From Lepidodermella squamata (taxonomy: Eukaryota > Animalia > Gastrotricha), in NCBI GenBank assembly GCA_047495785.1, contig JBLDXI010000025.1, positions 2,415,063 to 2,479,062 of the forward strand: a stretch of DNA of 64,000 bases, written 5' to 3'. Made by a program: the position numbers and the translations under genes. Position 1 is the stretch's first letter. Every line of letters begins with the position of its first letter. The notes beneath the pieces are model-generated. The model had not been told where the DNA came from. It ran no database searches and was given only the letters and a program-made list of their open reading frames with translations. Positions 62,501 to 64,000 of the stretch are shown here, piece after piece.

Positions 62501-62891
62501 ATTTTCGACCGTCAGCGCGTTGCTGTTGATCGCGAGCTATGCGGCTTTGGTTAGCATGCAGCGTCCCCAACGCGGTATCGCCTCGAAAGTATGGCAGGCC
62601 CCGGAGCAGGTTGTTATAAGTGACAACTACTACGCGGTTTCAGACGGCGCTTTTCGCAACAAGACGCTGACAGCTGAAAGCAGTATCAACTACTCGGCCG
62701 AGTCTTACATAATGGGCTCGGTTGTATCCGAAGCACTGGCGTCGCCGGCAAGCTCTACGCAATCCTCGCCGATGAACACTTCGGCCAGTTCGTCGGCACT
62801 TAGAAGCAGCCAGTCTTCGGCTAGTATTCGCATGCCCGATGATGACGATGATAAGCTGGTCTTCACAACAACAAGTTTCAGCATCTCTTAG
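59574..62891 (+). pseudogene. Prominin-like paralogue B, right-arm copy with two +1 frameshifts (pseudogene or sequencing errors)
   Basis: Identical to 48675-51990 except for an extra C at ~60196-60199 (aaaaCCCCgt), an extra C at ~61593-61596 (tgCCCCtcg) and one Ala>Val change (~61675). Confidence 0.7.
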
Positions 62892-64000
62892 AGCCAGCGG
62901 CCGAGCTAGTTTTTCTAATTCGTCAATACTCAAATCATCTCATCGATTAATCCGAAATACATTTTGTATCTTTCAAATAATAAAACAATTGCGCAGATCT
63001 AAATGGGCAGTGTCTCTTTTTTCAGTTCGAAGAGGTTATAGAAAGCTTCAAGTTGCAGATTTCCTCGAATTTGACTTGCTTCAACTTCAACCATGAACGA
63101 ATAAACCGCTAAAGTGGTCTTGAGAATCCCTGAAAATTATATGCGAAGTTCAACCTTGATTAATCCGGCTTGACTCGGACAAATTAAATTGGGAAGAATT
63201 TATTCATTTTCATCATTTATTCATTTTCATGAATTTTCATGAATTTATTCATTTTCATGAATGAATATTCATTCATTTTTCATTTTCATCGAGTTAAAAT
63301 ATCTCAAAACATCCTGGACTCCTCTTGTGAAATGAGACAATAAGTCTTCCAATATAAGGCCTGTAGAGTATTTTCGATGATGAATTCTGACTTCATTTTC
63401 GGGTACTCCAGTACAACCACGAGCTTCATTATAAAGGGATGAATCATCGAGTAAATTGTCGGGAGCAGTAAATTAGATACGTGTCAAAAGTTCCTAATGA
63501 CTTTTATGACGTAGGTATAACTCATCACGAAACGTAATTATCGGCATGTTAATAAATCACGGCCAAATCCCATTAGATACAAAAATGTAGCAATTGTCTG
63601 TGTGCAACGGACCGAGCCGCCAAGATTGTTCAAACATCTCTTTGAAAGTCGTCGTGACTTCGCAATACATGCTCTCAGTACCCAGCGGATGTGCTGTATC
63701 CTTAGTAATTCGGTCTCATAGATATAAAACGTTGACATAATTTAAATTTGTGGCGTTATCTCGGCTTCGTGGTGAGAACAAAGCGCAGGCAACTATAACA
63801 AAACCACCATTGTTAAAATTGTTGAAAAAAACACAATGCGTGGATGTGTCTATGTTGGAAATGTAAACTATAATCCTACATCGCTGATGTTGGTGCGGAA
63901 AAGAAAAGCAGGCGAATGTTGTTTTGAACGTGAGTAAGATTTACAACGCGAGCTCACTATGCCAGCCAAAAGTTTCAATTGCTCAGAGCTCTGAAAGCGA

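Larger units (their letters stand above)
56210..64000 (+). repeat. Right arm of the giant palindrome (runs off the window end)
   Basis: Near-identical reverse complement of the left arm. The few differences seen are mostly single-base insertions. Confidence 0.98.

Overview
Gene-dense invertebrate (metazoan) nuclear DNA with very short GT-AG introns (mostly ~45-60 nt). The species cannot be determined from the sequence. (1) 1-4437 is one end of an AT-rich Polinton/Maverick element. It has a diagnostic 5'-AGTAGT terminus on the minus strand, subterminal ~62-bp tandem repeats and a c-integrase ORF that runs off the window (missed by the ORF track). Unusually, it also carries an intronless TATA-binding-protein homologue and several orphan ORFs. 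(2) Host genes follow: a ~13-repeat non-classical cadherin with apparently up to four alternative C-termini; a secreted/GPI-type metal-dependent cyclase (kynurenine formamidase-like); a Cys-rich GPI-type protein; methionyl-tRNA synthetase directly next to SAM synthetase; NOC3L; three tandem glycosyltransferase-like paralogues; a class A GPCR; prominin-like 5-TM genes; and a secreted double-knottin (prohormone-3-like) gene. (3) A TA-flanked non-autonomous DNA transposon (19074-20118) holds two inverted tRNA-like Pol III cassettes. (4) 47568-64000 is a near-perfect giant palindrome (arms >=7.8 kb, 855-bp spacer), which may be real or an amplification/assembly artefact. All gene models were read by eye and no database searches were run.
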